In this document: positions 42,936 to 52,630 of the stretch, in pieces
Numbering within the stretch: position 1 is the first letter of the stretch
Layout: the number at the start of each line of letters is the position of its first letter
Assembly: GCA_026396805.1 (NCBI GenBank)
Contig: JAPLVZ010000009.1
Location: 4,058-68,057 of the forward strand
Source of the DNA: Candidatus Falkowbacteria bacterium
GTDB lineage: Bacteria; Patescibacteriota; Patescibacteriia; Patescibacteriales; UBA12465
Direction of reading: 5' to 3'
Length of the DNA: 64,000 bases
Made by a program: the position numbers and the translations under genes
Notes under the pieces: generated by a model
Databases searched by the model: none
The model's input: the letters and a program-made list of their open reading frames with translations, nothing else
What the model was told of the DNA's origin: nothing

Positions 42936-44717
42936 ATGATAAGTCAAAAAAAACAGCAATTAAGAGAGCTTTTAAAGATTCATTTCGGCTATGAATCTTT
43001 TTTGCCTGGGCAAGAAAAAGCCATTGATAACATTCTGGCCGGACAAGATACGCTTGTCGTTTTGCCGACCGGGGGCGGGAAATCCTTGATTTATCAGCTT
43101 CCCGCGTTAGTTTTAGAGGGGATAACTATCGTTATTTCGCCGCTCATCGCTTTAATGAAAGATCAAGTTGATTCTTTGGAACGCGTCGGCATTCCGGCCA
43201 CCTTTATTAATTCTTCTATTTCTCCGGAGGAAATGACCAAGCGTTTGGCGAAAATAAAAAGCGGCGCCTACAGAATAATTTATATCGCTCCGGAGCGTTT
43301 TTATAATCAAACTTTCTTAATGGAGCTCAAAAATATTAAAGTATCCTTATTTGCGATTGACGAGGCGCATTGTATCAGCCAATGGGGCCATGATTTTAGG
43401 CCGAGTTATTTGCGCCTTAAAGACGCGATTAAACTGGTCGGTTCGCCGACCGTGGTCGCGTTGACGGCGACGGCTACCCCGGAAGTGCGCGATGATATTA
43501 TCAAGCAGTTAGATATGTCCGATGTGGATATGGTTATTACGGGTTTTGCTCGTCCGAATTTACAGTTCGCGGTTGTACCGACGCCAAACGGGCAAAAAAT
43601 TGAAAATATTATTAATCTTTTTACGACCGGTTCGGACATGGGCAGCGGAATTATTTATGTCGGAACCAGATCAAAGGCCGATGAACTGGTTGAGGCGTTG
43701 ACGGATAATAATATCAAAGCCGTTGTTTATCATGCCGGCATGGATGCCAATAGCCGCGATTGGGTTCAGGAGCAATTTATGGAAGGAAAGGCCCAGGTCG
43801 TCGTGGCGACGAACGCTTTTGGTTTAGGAATAAACAAAAAAGATATCCGTTTCGTCATCCATCATGACTTACCGGGGACGATTGAAGCTTATTATCAGGA
43901 AGCGGGTCGCGCCGGACGCGACGGCATCCCCAGTTTCTGCTTATTATTCTATCATCAGCAAGATCGCTATCTGCGTGAGTTTTTTATCAAGGGCGATAAT
44001 CCCGATCCGGCCATAATTATCGAGGTTTATGATTTTCTTCTGCGCCGCGCCGGATTGGAAGTAGACGCGCAGGCGTCTATTCTGATTACTTACGCGGAAA
44101 TCGCCCAGAGCTTATCGGAATCGGTTCCGGAAATGGCCATCGGAACAGCTTTGAAGATTTTAGAGAAAGAAGGCTATCTGTCGCGGCCGAATGAAAAAAC
44201 TTCCAATTCCTTTTTGAAAACTAAAAAAGATTGGGTGGAGATTGTCGCTTCTTTAAGCAAGCGCGCCAAGAGCCAATTAGAAATCGTGAGTGATTTAGGC
44301 TTAAAATATCGGAATGAATTAATCGCGGGCTGGGAGTTCAATCCCGAAGAAGTGGCCGTAGTCTTAAAAATAAAAAAAGATTCGCTGCTTCGAGCCGTTA
44401 AGAAGCTGGCGGAGAAAGATCTGGTTGAATATAAACCGCCTTATCGGGGCACAGAAATAAAAATTTTAAAAGTAGTGGAACCGGCTGACCTGAATCTAGA
44501 TTTTAAAGCGTTAAAAGCCAAGGCGGGGCGCGCTTATGAAAAATTAAATGAGATGGAAAATTATGTTTATCATCTTGGTTGCCGCCAGTCCTATATCTTA
44601 AATTATTTTGGCGATTCGCGCTCCGCGCCTTGCGGCCAGTGTGATAGCTGTTTGAAATTAAAGAAGAATAAGGACCAAGGCAAGAGTGATTATCGTTATA
44701 AAGAATATTTAAATTAA
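42936..44717 (+). CDS. recQ: ATP-dependent DNA helicase RecQ
   Basis: PTGGGKS Walker A, DEAHCISQWGHDFRP, RecQ C-terminal region with a CxxC-containing zinc motif near the end. Confidence 0.93.
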   Translation: MISQKKQQLRELLKIHFGYESFLPGQEKAIDNILAGQDTLVVLPTGGGKSLIYQLPALVLEGITIVISPLIALMKDQVDSLERVGIPATFINSSISPEEMTKRLAKIKSGAYRIIYIAPERFYNQTFLMELKNIKVSLFAIDEAHCISQWGHDFRPSYLRLKDAIKLVGSPTVVALTATATPEVRDDIIKQLDMSDVDMVITGFARPNLQFAVVPTPNGQKIENIINLFTTGSDMGSGIIYVGTRSKADELVEALTDNNIKAVVYHAGMDANSRDWVQEQFMEGKAQVVVATNAFGLGINKKDIRFVIHHDLPGTIEAYYQEAGRAGRDGIPSFCLLFYHQQDRYLREFFIKGDNPDPAIIIEVYDFLLRRAGLEVDAQASILITYAEIAQSLSESVPEMAIGTALKILEKEGYLSRPNEKTSNSFLKTKKDWVEIVASLSKRAKSQLEIVSDLGLKYRNELIAGWEFNPEEVAVVLKIKKDSLLRAVKKLAEKDLVEYKPPYRGTEIKILKVVEPADLNLDFKALKAKAGRAYEKLNEMENYVYHLGCRQSYILNYFGDSRSAPCGQCDSCLKLKKNKDQGKSDYRYKEYLN

Positions 44718-44754
44718 TGCGATAGAGAATATTTAAGTTAACGCGCCAGTATTT

Positions 44755-45444
44755 ATGAAACCGGAACAAGCGGAAAAATTATTAAATTTAGTGAAGCGGA
44801 ATTACCAGGAGATTGCCGCTAGTTTTGACGCGACCAGAAAAAAGGAAATCTGGCCGAAAATAAGAGAACTGGCGGACGCGGTTCTTGACGGCGACTGCGT
44901 CCTTGATGCCGGTTGCGGTAACGGGCGATTACTAGAAGCTTTAAAAAATAAAAAAATAAAATACCTCGGCCTGGATAATAGCGCCGAGCTGATTAAGGCG
45001 GCCAGCAAGAATTATCCGCTCCATGAATTCAGGGAAGCGGACATTTTGGATTTAGCTAATGTGCCTGAAAAAGATTTTGATCATATTTTTTGTTTGGCGG
45101 TTTGGCAGCATATCCCCGGGGAAGAATTAAGAGTGAAATTTTTAAAGAACCTGGCCGCCAAAATAAAACCTTCCGGCCGGATTATTATCAGCGTTTGGAA
45201 TCTTGGGCGCCTGCCAAAATACCGGAAAATGATTTTGAAAAATTATTGGCGGAAATTTATCGGTCGGTATGAGCTTGAAGTCCGCGACCTTATTTTTTCT
45301 TGGAAGAATTCTTCGGGTCAGTCTGTCAGCGAGCGTTATTACCACGTATTTACGCTAAGGGAAATAAAGCGCTTAAGCGCGATTGCCGGCTTGAAAATAA
45401 TTGAAATAAATCGGGATAGGCATAATATTTGGGTGCGTTATTGA
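44755..45444 (+). CDS. class I SAM-dependent methyltransferase
   Basis: Motif I VLDAGCGNGRLL, post-I LGLDNS, motif II/III spacing typical. Confidence 0.8.
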   Translation: MKPEQAEKLLNLVKRNYQEIAASFDATRKKEIWPKIRELADAVLDGDCVLDAGCGNGRLLEALKNKKIKYLGLDNSAELIKAASKNYPLHEFREADILDLANVPEKDFDHIFCLAVWQHIPGEELRVKFLKNLAAKIKPSGRIIISVWNLGRLPKYRKMILKNYWRKFIGRYELEVRDLIFSWKNSSGQSVSERYYHVFTLREIKRLSAIAGLKIIEINRDRHNIWVRY

Positions 45445-45517
45445 CGCTTTTAAATGGTGCGATATAATGAGATTACTAAATGATTAAATTAGATTGCTAA
45501 ATAACTAAAAAGTAATT

Positions 45518-45847
45518 ATGTCTAACGCCAGCGAGTTAACAAAGAGTAACTTTACCGCCGAGGTTTTAAGCAGCCCGATACCGGTTTTAGTCGATTTTTG
45601 GGCGCCCTGGTGCATGCCCTGTAAAATGATGGCTCCGATTCTTGATGAATTGGCCGCGGAAATGGAGGGCAAATTGAAAATTGCCAAGGTTAATACGGAA
45701 GACGAGGCTAATCAGTCTTTGGCCATGGAATATCAGATTCAAAGTATTCCGAATATGAAATTATTTAAGGGCGGCCAGGTGGTTGGAGAATTTATCGGCC
45801 TAAGAAATAAAGAATCTTTGAAGAAAGAGATTAAAAATTTATTATAA
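45518..45847 (+). CDS. trxA: thioredoxin
   Basis: 109 aa with FWAPWCMPCK active site. Confidence 0.95.
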   Translation: MSNASELTKSNFTAEVLSSPIPVLVDFWAPWCMPCKMMAPILDELAAEMEGKLKIAKVNTEDEANQSLAMEYQIQSIPNMKLFKGGQVVGEFIGLRNKESLKKEIKNLL

Positions 45848-45886
45848 ATAAAGCCGGCGTCCGCTTAGGACGCGGTTCTTAATAAT

Positions 45887-47113
45887 ATGAGTATTTTCGA
45901 AGATAATAATCGGCGTTTAGCCGATATCAGAGAACTGGAAGGAATAAGTGAAGCGGAGATGTCCGTTTTAGATAATCCGGTCCAGACTAAATACGCCGAA
46001 TTGGAAGTTAACGGTCGGAAATATCCGGCTTGGCGCATTGTTTATAACCGCGCGCTCGGTCCGGGCAAGGGCGGCATCAGATTCCATCCCGACGTCAGCG
46101 AAGATGAAGTTAAATCTTTGTCTTTTTGGATGGCCCTGAAAAACTCATTGGCCGATATTCCTTACGGCGGCGCCAAAGGCGGAGTAAAATTCAATCCGAA
46201 AGATTCTAATCAAGAAGAACTGGAAGCAATCAGCCGCGCTTATATTCGCGCTTTCCATGAATATTTGGGCGAGAACAAAGACGTGCCGGCGCCGGATGTT
46301 TATACGAACGCGCAGATAATGGCCTGGATGCTGGACGAGTTTGAAAAAATAAATGGCCGCCATGAACCGGGTATGATTACCGGGAAGCCTTTAGAAATCG
46401 GCGGTTTGGCCTTAAGAGGCGATGCGACAGCTCGAGGCGGGTATTTAATTATCAAAGAAATGGCCGCGGAGTTCCTCCGAGGACGCCGGAATAAGAAAAT
46501 TAAGATTGCTATCCAAGGCTTTGGCAACGCCGGTTTATTCATGACGGAAAAATTATTTAATGACGGCTATAAGATTATCGCCGTTTCCGATAGCCAAGGC
46601 GCTGTCTATAATGAAGACGGCTTAAATATTCCTGAAATCATCAAGCTGAAAAACAGCGGCCAGTCGGTCGGCGTATATAGCGGCGGAAGAAAGATAAGCA
46701 ACGCGGAACTCTTGGAATTACCGGTCGATATCTTAGTCTTGGCGGCTTTGGAAAATCAGATTATAAAAGAGAACGCGCCGCGCGTCAGAGCGGATTATTT
46801 GGTGGAACTCGCAAACGGGCCGATAAGTTATGAAGCGGATTTGATACTGGAGAAAAATAAAAAGATAATCGTGCCGGACATCCTGGCTAATTCCGGCGGC
46901 GTCATCGTCAGTTATTTCGAATGGGCGCAGAATAAGACGGGGCAGATCCTGGACGAAGAATACCTGCGCGGATTATTGGGAAAAAAGATGAAGCTGAATT
47001 GGCGGCGAGTTTATGAAAAATATTCAGAAAAAAACGGAGCGATAACTTTGCGTCAAGCGGCCTATATCTTAGCCATCCGAAAAATATTAACGGCGGAAAA
47101 ATGGCGCGGCTAA
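45887..47113 (+). CDS. gdh: Glu/Leu/Phe/Val-family amino-acid dehydrogenase (glutamate dehydrogenase-like)
   Basis: Catalytic region GPGKGGIRFHP, GGAKGG, Rossmann GFGNAG. Confidence 0.9.
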   Translation: MSIFEDNNRRLADIRELEGISEAEMSVLDNPVQTKYAELEVNGRKYPAWRIVYNRALGPGKGGIRFHPDVSEDEVKSLSFWMALKNSLADIPYGGAKGGVKFNPKDSNQEELEAISRAYIRAFHEYLGENKDVPAPDVYTNAQIMAWMLDEFEKINGRHEPGMITGKPLEIGGLALRGDATARGGYLIIKEMAAEFLRGRRNKKIKIAIQGFGNAGLFMTEKLFNDGYKIIAVSDSQGAVYNEDGLNIPEIIKLKNSGQSVGVYSGGRKISNAELLELPVDILVLAALENQIIKENAPRVRADYLVELANGPISYEADLILEKNKKIIVPDILANSGGVIVSYFEWAQNKTGQILDEEYLRGLLGKKMKLNWRRVYEKYSEKNGAITLRQAAYILAIRKILTAEKWRG

Positions 47114-47157
47114 GGAAGCCCTCAAAGGATGACGCCTCAATGAGAAAAAATGGAAAT

Positions 47158-47192
47158 AAAAAAGACGGGAATTAGATCCCGTCTTTTATTTT
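47158..47192. terminator. bidirectional terminator between gdh and the convergent thioredoxin-fold gene
   Basis: AAAGACGGGA ATTAGA TCCCGTCTTT followed by TATTTT. Confidence 0.8.
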
Positions 47193-47217
47193 AAACCCGG
47201 AGCTTATTTTAAGACTT

Positions 47218-48237
47218 TTACTCGCAACCGGCGGCGGCGGTTCCGGCAGTCGCCGTTCCGGAACCGAATCCGGCGGCGGGAGCGGCGCTGGAGAGCGTAG
47301 CTTCGCATTCTTTCGGTTGAGTATTAAAAGCGCTGCAAATAGTCGCCAGTAGAGAAGCGGAATCGCGGGCACCGGCGATTTCCTGGCCGTTGATGACTAA
47401 AGTTGGAGAGCCGCCAACTTTATATTTATCGTTAGCTGCTTTATCAACCTCGAAACCGGGGTATTTGCCTTGATAGCCAATATTATCAGTGAAATTGCTG
47501 GTTACTTTAAAACTGCTATCGGTTTTGGAAACGCAAGCGGCCAGTTTAGTCTTGTCAACCTTGGCGGAGTCAAGACAGGCGGTCGATTCGCTGGATTCCA
47601 AGAAACATTTTAAGTAAGGGCTAAGCTTGCCGTTCTGTTCTTTCTGGATACAATATTGGGTCAGGTTTTCGTTTAATTCTTTTTGGCCATGCATGGCGTA
47701 GCTGCAGAACTTTAGTTGGAAATTAATCTTATTACCTAGAGCCGCTAAAACGGGCAGGATGCCTTTTTCAATCTGGGTGCCGTAGGGGCAATAGCTCATG
47801 ACGAATAACTCCACGGTCGGTTTAGCGCTTTTAACGGAAACAGTCGCGGCCGGGGCGGGTTTCCCGGCGGCGCCGTTAGCGCCGGTCGCGTCGGCCGCCG
47901 TCTTGACGGTCTCATCAATATTTAAAGCTTGAGGGAAGAATAATTTTCCGTCTTTAGATAAGTATGATTCGACGACATCGCTGACGACATCTATTTTAAA
48001 CTTATAAAGTCCGTACTCGGTCGTTGTTTCTTTAATGGTCGCCTTGCTGCCGCTTTGCATTAAATTATCATTGATAAAATTTTCGGCCCTGGTTTTAGCT
48101 TCGTCCGGATTTAAATTCTTCACCGGCCGATGGAAAGAGAACAGGCCGATTATAACTAGCGCGATTACGAGAATAATCGGCAGGACTATCCTCATGAAAA
48201 CTTCTTTAGAAAAGAGCCTTTTTATAGCGTTTTTCAT
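47218..48237 (-). CDS. membrane-anchored thioredoxin-fold (DsbA/glutaredoxin-like) protein with CPYG motif
   Basis: N-terminal TM helix; FVMSYCPYGTQ where CxxC is expected; several further Cys; Ala/Gly/Thr-rich C-terminal tail. Confidence 0.6.
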   Translation of the reverse strand: MKNAIKRLFSKEVFMRIVLPIILVIALVIIGLFSFHRPVKNLNPDEAKTRAENFINDNLMQSGSKATIKETTTEYGLYKFKIDVVSDVVESYLSKDGKLFFPQALNIDETVKTAADATGANGAAGKPAPAATVSVKSAKPTVELFVMSYCPYGTQIEKGILPVLAALGNKINFQLKFCSYAMHGQKELNENLTQYCIQKEQNGKLSPYLKCFLESSESTACLDSAKVDKTKLAACVSKTDSSFKVTSNFTDNIGYQGKYPGFEVDKAANDKYKVGGSPTLVINGQEIAGARDSASLLATICSAFNTQPKECEATLSSAAPAAGFGSGTATAGTAAAGCE

Positions 48238-48331
48238 AATGTTTTATGATTATTATTTATTATTATTCCTCTATTATAGTAAAAATAAGAAGAGTCGTCA
48301 AAGAGTCGTCAAGGCCGGGCCAAAACACTCG

Positions 48332-49114
48332 TTAATTACGCGGTAGAGCCGCTTGCAGTTCTTTAGGCAGGCCAATCCGGAAATCTTGGGTCACGCCTTT
48401 TAGATCACGGAAACTTAAATGATCGGCTACCAAAAAGACTCGGCCGAGATTAAGTTTTTTATTTTTTAGTTCGGTTTTCTTGGTGCAGTATAAATTGTCG
48501 CCGACGAGCGGATAGCCATACGCAAAAAAATGGACGCGGATCTGGTGAGTTCGGCCGGTCTTAAGGCTGATTTTCAATAAGGTGTAATTAACGAATCTTT
48601 TCAAAACTTCGAATTCAGTCAAAGCGGCGCGCGATTTCAACCAACTGGTAATATTTCCTTGATCGCGGCCTTTCGGATGACGCCGACTTAACAGATCCTC
48701 GGAACCGGACGGCAGAGCCGCCATCTTATAGCCTTCTTGCGAGCGGGTGATCGGAAAATTTATCGCGCCGAAATCTTTGGTAACCCGGCCGTGAACCAGG
48801 GCGACGTATTCTTTATTGATTTCGCGTTCCTTGAATTGATTTTTAAGATTATCAAAACTGGCTTGAGTTTTGGCGATAACCATCAGTCCGCTGACCTCTT
48901 TATCCAGGCGATGAACAAGACCGGGACGGATAGGGTCGTCGCCGACATCTTTTATTTTTTTATAATTGGCAATCAGCCAATCGGCCAACGTCGGCTCGGT
49001 TAAATTTCCTCCGGCATGCGCGGCTAATCCGGCCGGTTTGTTGATAACCAGATATTCGGGGGTGGCCGCGATTATTTCCGGAACCAATTCTGGCGCCAAA
49101 ACAGTTTTAGCCAT
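48332..49114 (-). CDS. RluA-family pseudouridine synthase
   Basis: Catalytic motif HRLDKEVSGLMVIAK, GRTHQIRVH. Confidence 0.9.
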   Translation of the reverse strand: MAKTVLAPELVPEIIAATPEYLVINKPAGLAAHAGGNLTEPTLADWLIANYKKIKDVGDDPIRPGLVHRLDKEVSGLMVIAKTQASFDNLKNQFKEREINKEYVALVHGRVTKDFGAINFPITRSQEGYKMAALPSGSEDLLSRRHPKGRDQGNITSWLKSRAALTEFEVLKRFVNYTLLKISLKTGRTHQIRVHFFAYGYPLVGDNLYCTKKTELKNKKLNLGRVFLVADHLSFRDLKGVTQDFRIGLPKELQAALPRN

Positions 49115-49117
49115 AAT

Positions 49118-50593
49118 TTAAAAGTTAGTATTATTATAAGTCGGGCCGCCGCTCTTTTTTTGGCGGCTGAAGATAATCTCCAGGTCGGAACGTTTTACGC
49201 CGCCCAGCAGGCAGAGAACAATAAAATAAATGGCGCCGGCGGCTATTATGACAATAATCAGGCCGCTCAAGCCGGTCCGACTGAAAGGCGCCAGCCAATA
49301 AAGACCCAGCCCCATGATAGCCGCGCTGGCCAAAGATTTTAAGCTTAAGACTAAATTCGGCCGGAAGCGGCTGTATTTAAATACGCAAATGGCGGAAAAA
49401 ATTGCAATCAGGACTTCACTGTATATGGTAACGGCCGCCGCGCCGAAATATGAATATTTGGGAATAAGGAAAAGATAGGCGGCCACGGCGGTCAAGCTGG
49501 TAAAAATATAATAGCCGATCATTTTTTTCTGACGGTCTAAAGCAATGACGGCGTGGGAAAACATTGTGCCCAAAAAGACGGCCGCTACCCCGAAAATAAG
49601 GATTTGCAAGATCAAACCGGAGGCGGCGAAGTCTTTGCCGGCAATCGCCGTCATTATCGGTCGGCCGAGAAATTGTGCGCCGACGATAAGAGGAATAGTG
49701 ATGAACGCCATAAAATCAAAAGATTTTTGGAGCACGCGTTTAAAGTAGTCAGAGGCTTTGTCCGACCAGGCGGTCGTCAGAATCGGCAAAATTAGACCGG
49801 CGAACATAAAAGGAACAGTCGTTAAGACATCAATTACCTTATAAGTAGCGCCGTATAAGCCGACTTCATCAACGCCTCTGAATAATGAAAGAAATAAAAT
49901 ATCGGCGCGCAGATAGATCAGATTAAGGACTATCGTAATCGCCAACGGCCAGGATTTGAACCAGATCTGTTTCCAAATCGCCCAATCAAATTCCAGTTTG
50001 ATAAAGGCAAATTTTGCGGCCAGCAGGTAATGGCCGGCAAAACTGGCGGCGGCCGAAGCGACGCTGGCCCATAAGATTCCGTTTAAGCCGGCATCAAGCT
50101 TTTTGGTCAGGATAATCCCGATAAGAAGCACGAGACGGCTGATAACTTCAGCGACCGCGTCACGACCCATGCTTAATTTTTTTTGGAAGAGACCGATGAT
50201 AACTTGATTGAGCGCCGGGAAGATAAAAGAGGCGAGAGCGACCAAGACCCCGATTTTTATCGCCTGGCTATAAGGAAAAAAAATCACGATGAGAGGCGCC
50301 AGCCCGAGGACGGCGATAATAGAAATAAGGCGCAGGCTGAAAATATTATTCAAGATTTTATTTTCTTCGTTGCCCCGGGCGCTGATCATCTGGACAGTGA
50401 CGAGAGTCAGGCCGAAATCAGCGATGACCGCGAAGAAAGTCAGGAAGGTTAAAACAGTCGTATATTCGCCGAAACCGGTCCGACCCAGATAGCGCGTGAT
50501 AAAAGCTAAAGCTAAAAGGCCTAAAACCGTGGAGATAATTTTACCGGCGATTTGGATTATTGTATTATGAGCCACCCTTTTCGCTAAACTCAT
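49118..50593 (-). CDS. MOP-superfamily flippase (Wzx/MurJ-like polysaccharide or lipid-linked oligosaccharide exporter)
   Basis: 491 aa, ~14 TM helices, N-terminal pattern NTIIQIAGKIISTVLGLL typical of the polysaccharide-biosynthesis flippase family. Confidence 0.75.
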   Translation of the reverse strand: MSLAKRVAHNTIIQIAGKIISTVLGLLALAFITRYLGRTGFGEYTTVLTFLTFFAVIADFGLTLVTVQMISARGNEENKILNNIFSLRLISIIAVLGLAPLIVIFFPYSQAIKIGVLVALASFIFPALNQVIIGLFQKKLSMGRDAVAEVISRLVLLIGIILTKKLDAGLNGILWASVASAAASFAGHYLLAAKFAFIKLEFDWAIWKQIWFKSWPLAITIVLNLIYLRADILFLSLFRGVDEVGLYGATYKVIDVLTTVPFMFAGLILPILTTAWSDKASDYFKRVLQKSFDFMAFITIPLIVGAQFLGRPIMTAIAGKDFAASGLILQILIFGVAAVFLGTMFSHAVIALDRQKKMIGYYIFTSLTAVAAYLFLIPKYSYFGAAAVTIYSEVLIAIFSAICVFKYSRFRPNLVLSLKSLASAAIMGLGLYWLAPFSRTGLSGLIIVIIAAGAIYFIVLCLLGGVKRSDLEIIFSRQKKSGGPTYNNTNF

Positions 50594-50667
50594 TTTCTTG
50601 TCTTTTAAGCGTTATTTTTATATAATATTAAAGTCTGGATTAATTATATCATATTTACAATACCTTT

Positions 50668-51105
50668 ATGAAAATCGCCAAAAAACAGGTTTTATCTCTT
50701 ATTTTTCTAGTCGTTTTCGGCCTTATCGCTCTTAGCGCCGCTTGGCCGGCTCAAGCCGATCAAAGTTTACTGGATAGCCAGATCGGCCTGAACAATGCCG
50801 GACAAGTCTATGGAAATACCACAGCGCCGGATATCCGTTATACCATCGCTAAGATAATTAATATTGTTTTAGGCTTTTTGGGAATAATTTTTATCGGTTT
50901 GACTATTTTTGCCGGTTTCCAATATATGACGGCCGGCGGCAATGAGGAAAAAAACAAGAAGGCGGTCGGGTTGCTCACGAACGCCGTTATCGGCGTGCTG
51001 ATTATTTTAATGGCCTGGGGTATCACCAGATTCACTATCAGGCAATTGGGCCGAGCGGCCAATAACGCGGTTGATTATCAAACTTATAGTCCGTATATGC
51101 CATAA
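50668..51105 (+). CDS. small secreted or membrane protein (signal peptide plus two TM helices; possibly TrbC/VirB2-pilin-like)
   Basis: Signal-like N-terminus ending AQA; two hydrophobic helices flanking MTAGGNEEKNKK; the pilin-like assignment is only a resemblance. Confidence 0.5.
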   Translation: MKIAKKQVLSLIFLVVFGLIALSAAWPAQADQSLLDSQIGLNNAGQVYGNTTAPDIRYTIAKIINIVLGFLGIIFIGLTIFAGFQYMTAGGNEEKNKKAVGLLTNAVIGVLIILMAWGITRFTIRQLGRAANNAVDYQTYSPYMP

Positions 51106-51120
51106 TCGATCCGTCTTGGG

Positions 51121-51149
51121 TTGACAATAGTTTAATTTGTGGTATTATT
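51121..51149 (+). promoter_or_regulatory. nusA promoter
   Basis: TTGACA (51121-51126), 16-nt spacer, extended -10 TGGTATTAT (51140-51148). Confidence 0.6.
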
Positions 51150-51157
51150 GTCATTAG

Positions 51158-51190
51158 AAAGCTAGTTGTTCATCACAATTAGCTTTTTCT
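51158..51190 (+). promoter_or_regulatory. leader hairpin between promoter and nusA start
   Basis: AAAGCTAGTTG (51158-68) pairs with CAATTAGCTTT (51176-86), followed by TTCT. Confidence 0.5.
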
Positions 51191-51217
51191 CTTAATAATT
51201 AATTTAATTTTCATTAT

Positions 51218-52603
51218 ATGTCGGAAATAAGCAGTGCCATTAAGCAGTTATGCGAAGAAAAAAATCTGGATTATAAGGCGGTCATTTCCGCCGTGGAATT
51301 AGCTTTAGCGGCCGCCTACCGCAAGGATTACGGGGAGCGCAATCAGAATATCCACGTTAAATTCGATCCTAATACCGGCAATTCGGAGATTTTTGATTTG
51401 AAAACGGTCGTGGAAAATTTGCCGGAAGCCGAAGAAGCGGAAATGCTCCATAATCTCTATAATCCTAATCTGAAGGAATTAAGTAAAGAGGAATTCCGAA
51501 ACGAATTTAAAAATGATTTCAGGAATGAAACCAGAAAAGAAGAAGTCTTGGTCGAAGACGGCAAGAAAAAATTCAATCCGAAGACCGATATCCAAATCAA
51601 GGAAGCGATGATCTTAAAACATGACGCCAAAGTCGGCGATGAAATTATGACCGATCTGCCGGCTCCGGAAAGTTATGGCCGGATGGCCGCGCAGACCGCG
51701 AAACAGGTTATCATCCAAAAATTCCGGGAAATGGAACGAGATATGATTTTCAGCGAGTTCAAAGGCAAGGAGAGAGAAGTTGTTTCCGGCATTGTTCAAA
51801 GACGCGAAGGCCGTTTTGTTTTTGTCGATCTCGGCAAAGCCATCGGCGTCTTACCGGCCGAAGAACAGATTTACGGTGAGCGCTATAATCCCAGCGATCG
51901 CATTAAAGTGTTTATTAGAGAAGTGCGCGAAGGCCACAAGGGTCCGGAAATAATCCTTTCCCGACGCTCCGAAGAAATTTTGCGTAAGGTTTTCTATTTG
52001 GAAATTCCGGAAGTGGCTAACGGTTTGGTGGAAATAAAATCCGTCGCGCGTGAAGCCGGTTCTCGTTCTAAAGTCGCCATTTGGACTGACGCGGAAAATG
52101 TTGACCCGATCGGGTCTTGCGTCGGCCAGCGCGGTTCCAGGGTTCAGACTATTATCAGCGAATTGGGCGGAGAAAAGATTGATATTATTGAATATAACGA
52201 AGACGACGCCAAATTCATCGCTAACGCGCTCGCTCCGGCCAAGGTCATTTCGATTGATTTGGTGGAGTCTGAGCATAAAGCGATTGTTAAAGTCAGTCCC
52301 GATAAATTGTCGTTGGCAATCGGTAAGGCCGGGCAGAATGTCCGTTTGGCGGCGCGCTTAACCGGTTGGAAGATAGATATTATTGAAGCCACCGAAGACG
52401 GCGACAAGAAAGTTTTGGGCGTTGATGAAAACAGTGAAGAGTTGGGCGGGGAAAATGAGATTATCAAAGTAGCGGAAGCGAGTGAAACGGAAGTGGTTAA
52501 AGAAACGGCCGGAGAAGTTAAAGCCAAAGTTGTGGAAGGAACTGCCATCGAGGCCGCTCCGAAAACGAAGTCTAAAAAAGTCAAAAAGGTCAAAAAAGAA
52601 TAA
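51218..52603 (+). CDS. nusA: transcription termination/antitermination factor NusA
   Basis: N-terminal RNAP-binding domain, S1 (VSGIVQRREGRFVFVDLG), two KH domains (GSRVQTIISELGGEKIDII; GKAGQNVRLAARLTGWKIDI), acidic/Lys tail. Confidence 0.95.
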   Translation: MSEISSAIKQLCEEKNLDYKAVISAVELALAAAYRKDYGERNQNIHVKFDPNTGNSEIFDLKTVVENLPEAEEAEMLHNLYNPNLKELSKEEFRNEFKNDFRNETRKEEVLVEDGKKKFNPKTDIQIKEAMILKHDAKVGDEIMTDLPAPESYGRMAAQTAKQVIIQKFREMERDMIFSEFKGKEREVVSGIVQRREGRFVFVDLGKAIGVLPAEEQIYGERYNPSDRIKVFIREVREGHKGPEIILSRRSEEILRKVFYLEIPEVANGLVEIKSVAREAGSRSKVAIWTDAENVDPIGSCVGQRGSRVQTIISELGGEKIDIIEYNEDDAKFIANALAPAKVISIDLVESEHKAIVKVSPDKLSLAIGKAGQNVRLAARLTGWKIDIIEATEDGDKKVLGVDENSEELGGENEIIKVAEASETEVVKETAGEVKAKVVEGTAIEAAPKTKSKKVKKVKKE

Positions 52604-52630
52604 TAATAAAAAATAAATAAAACCTAATTT

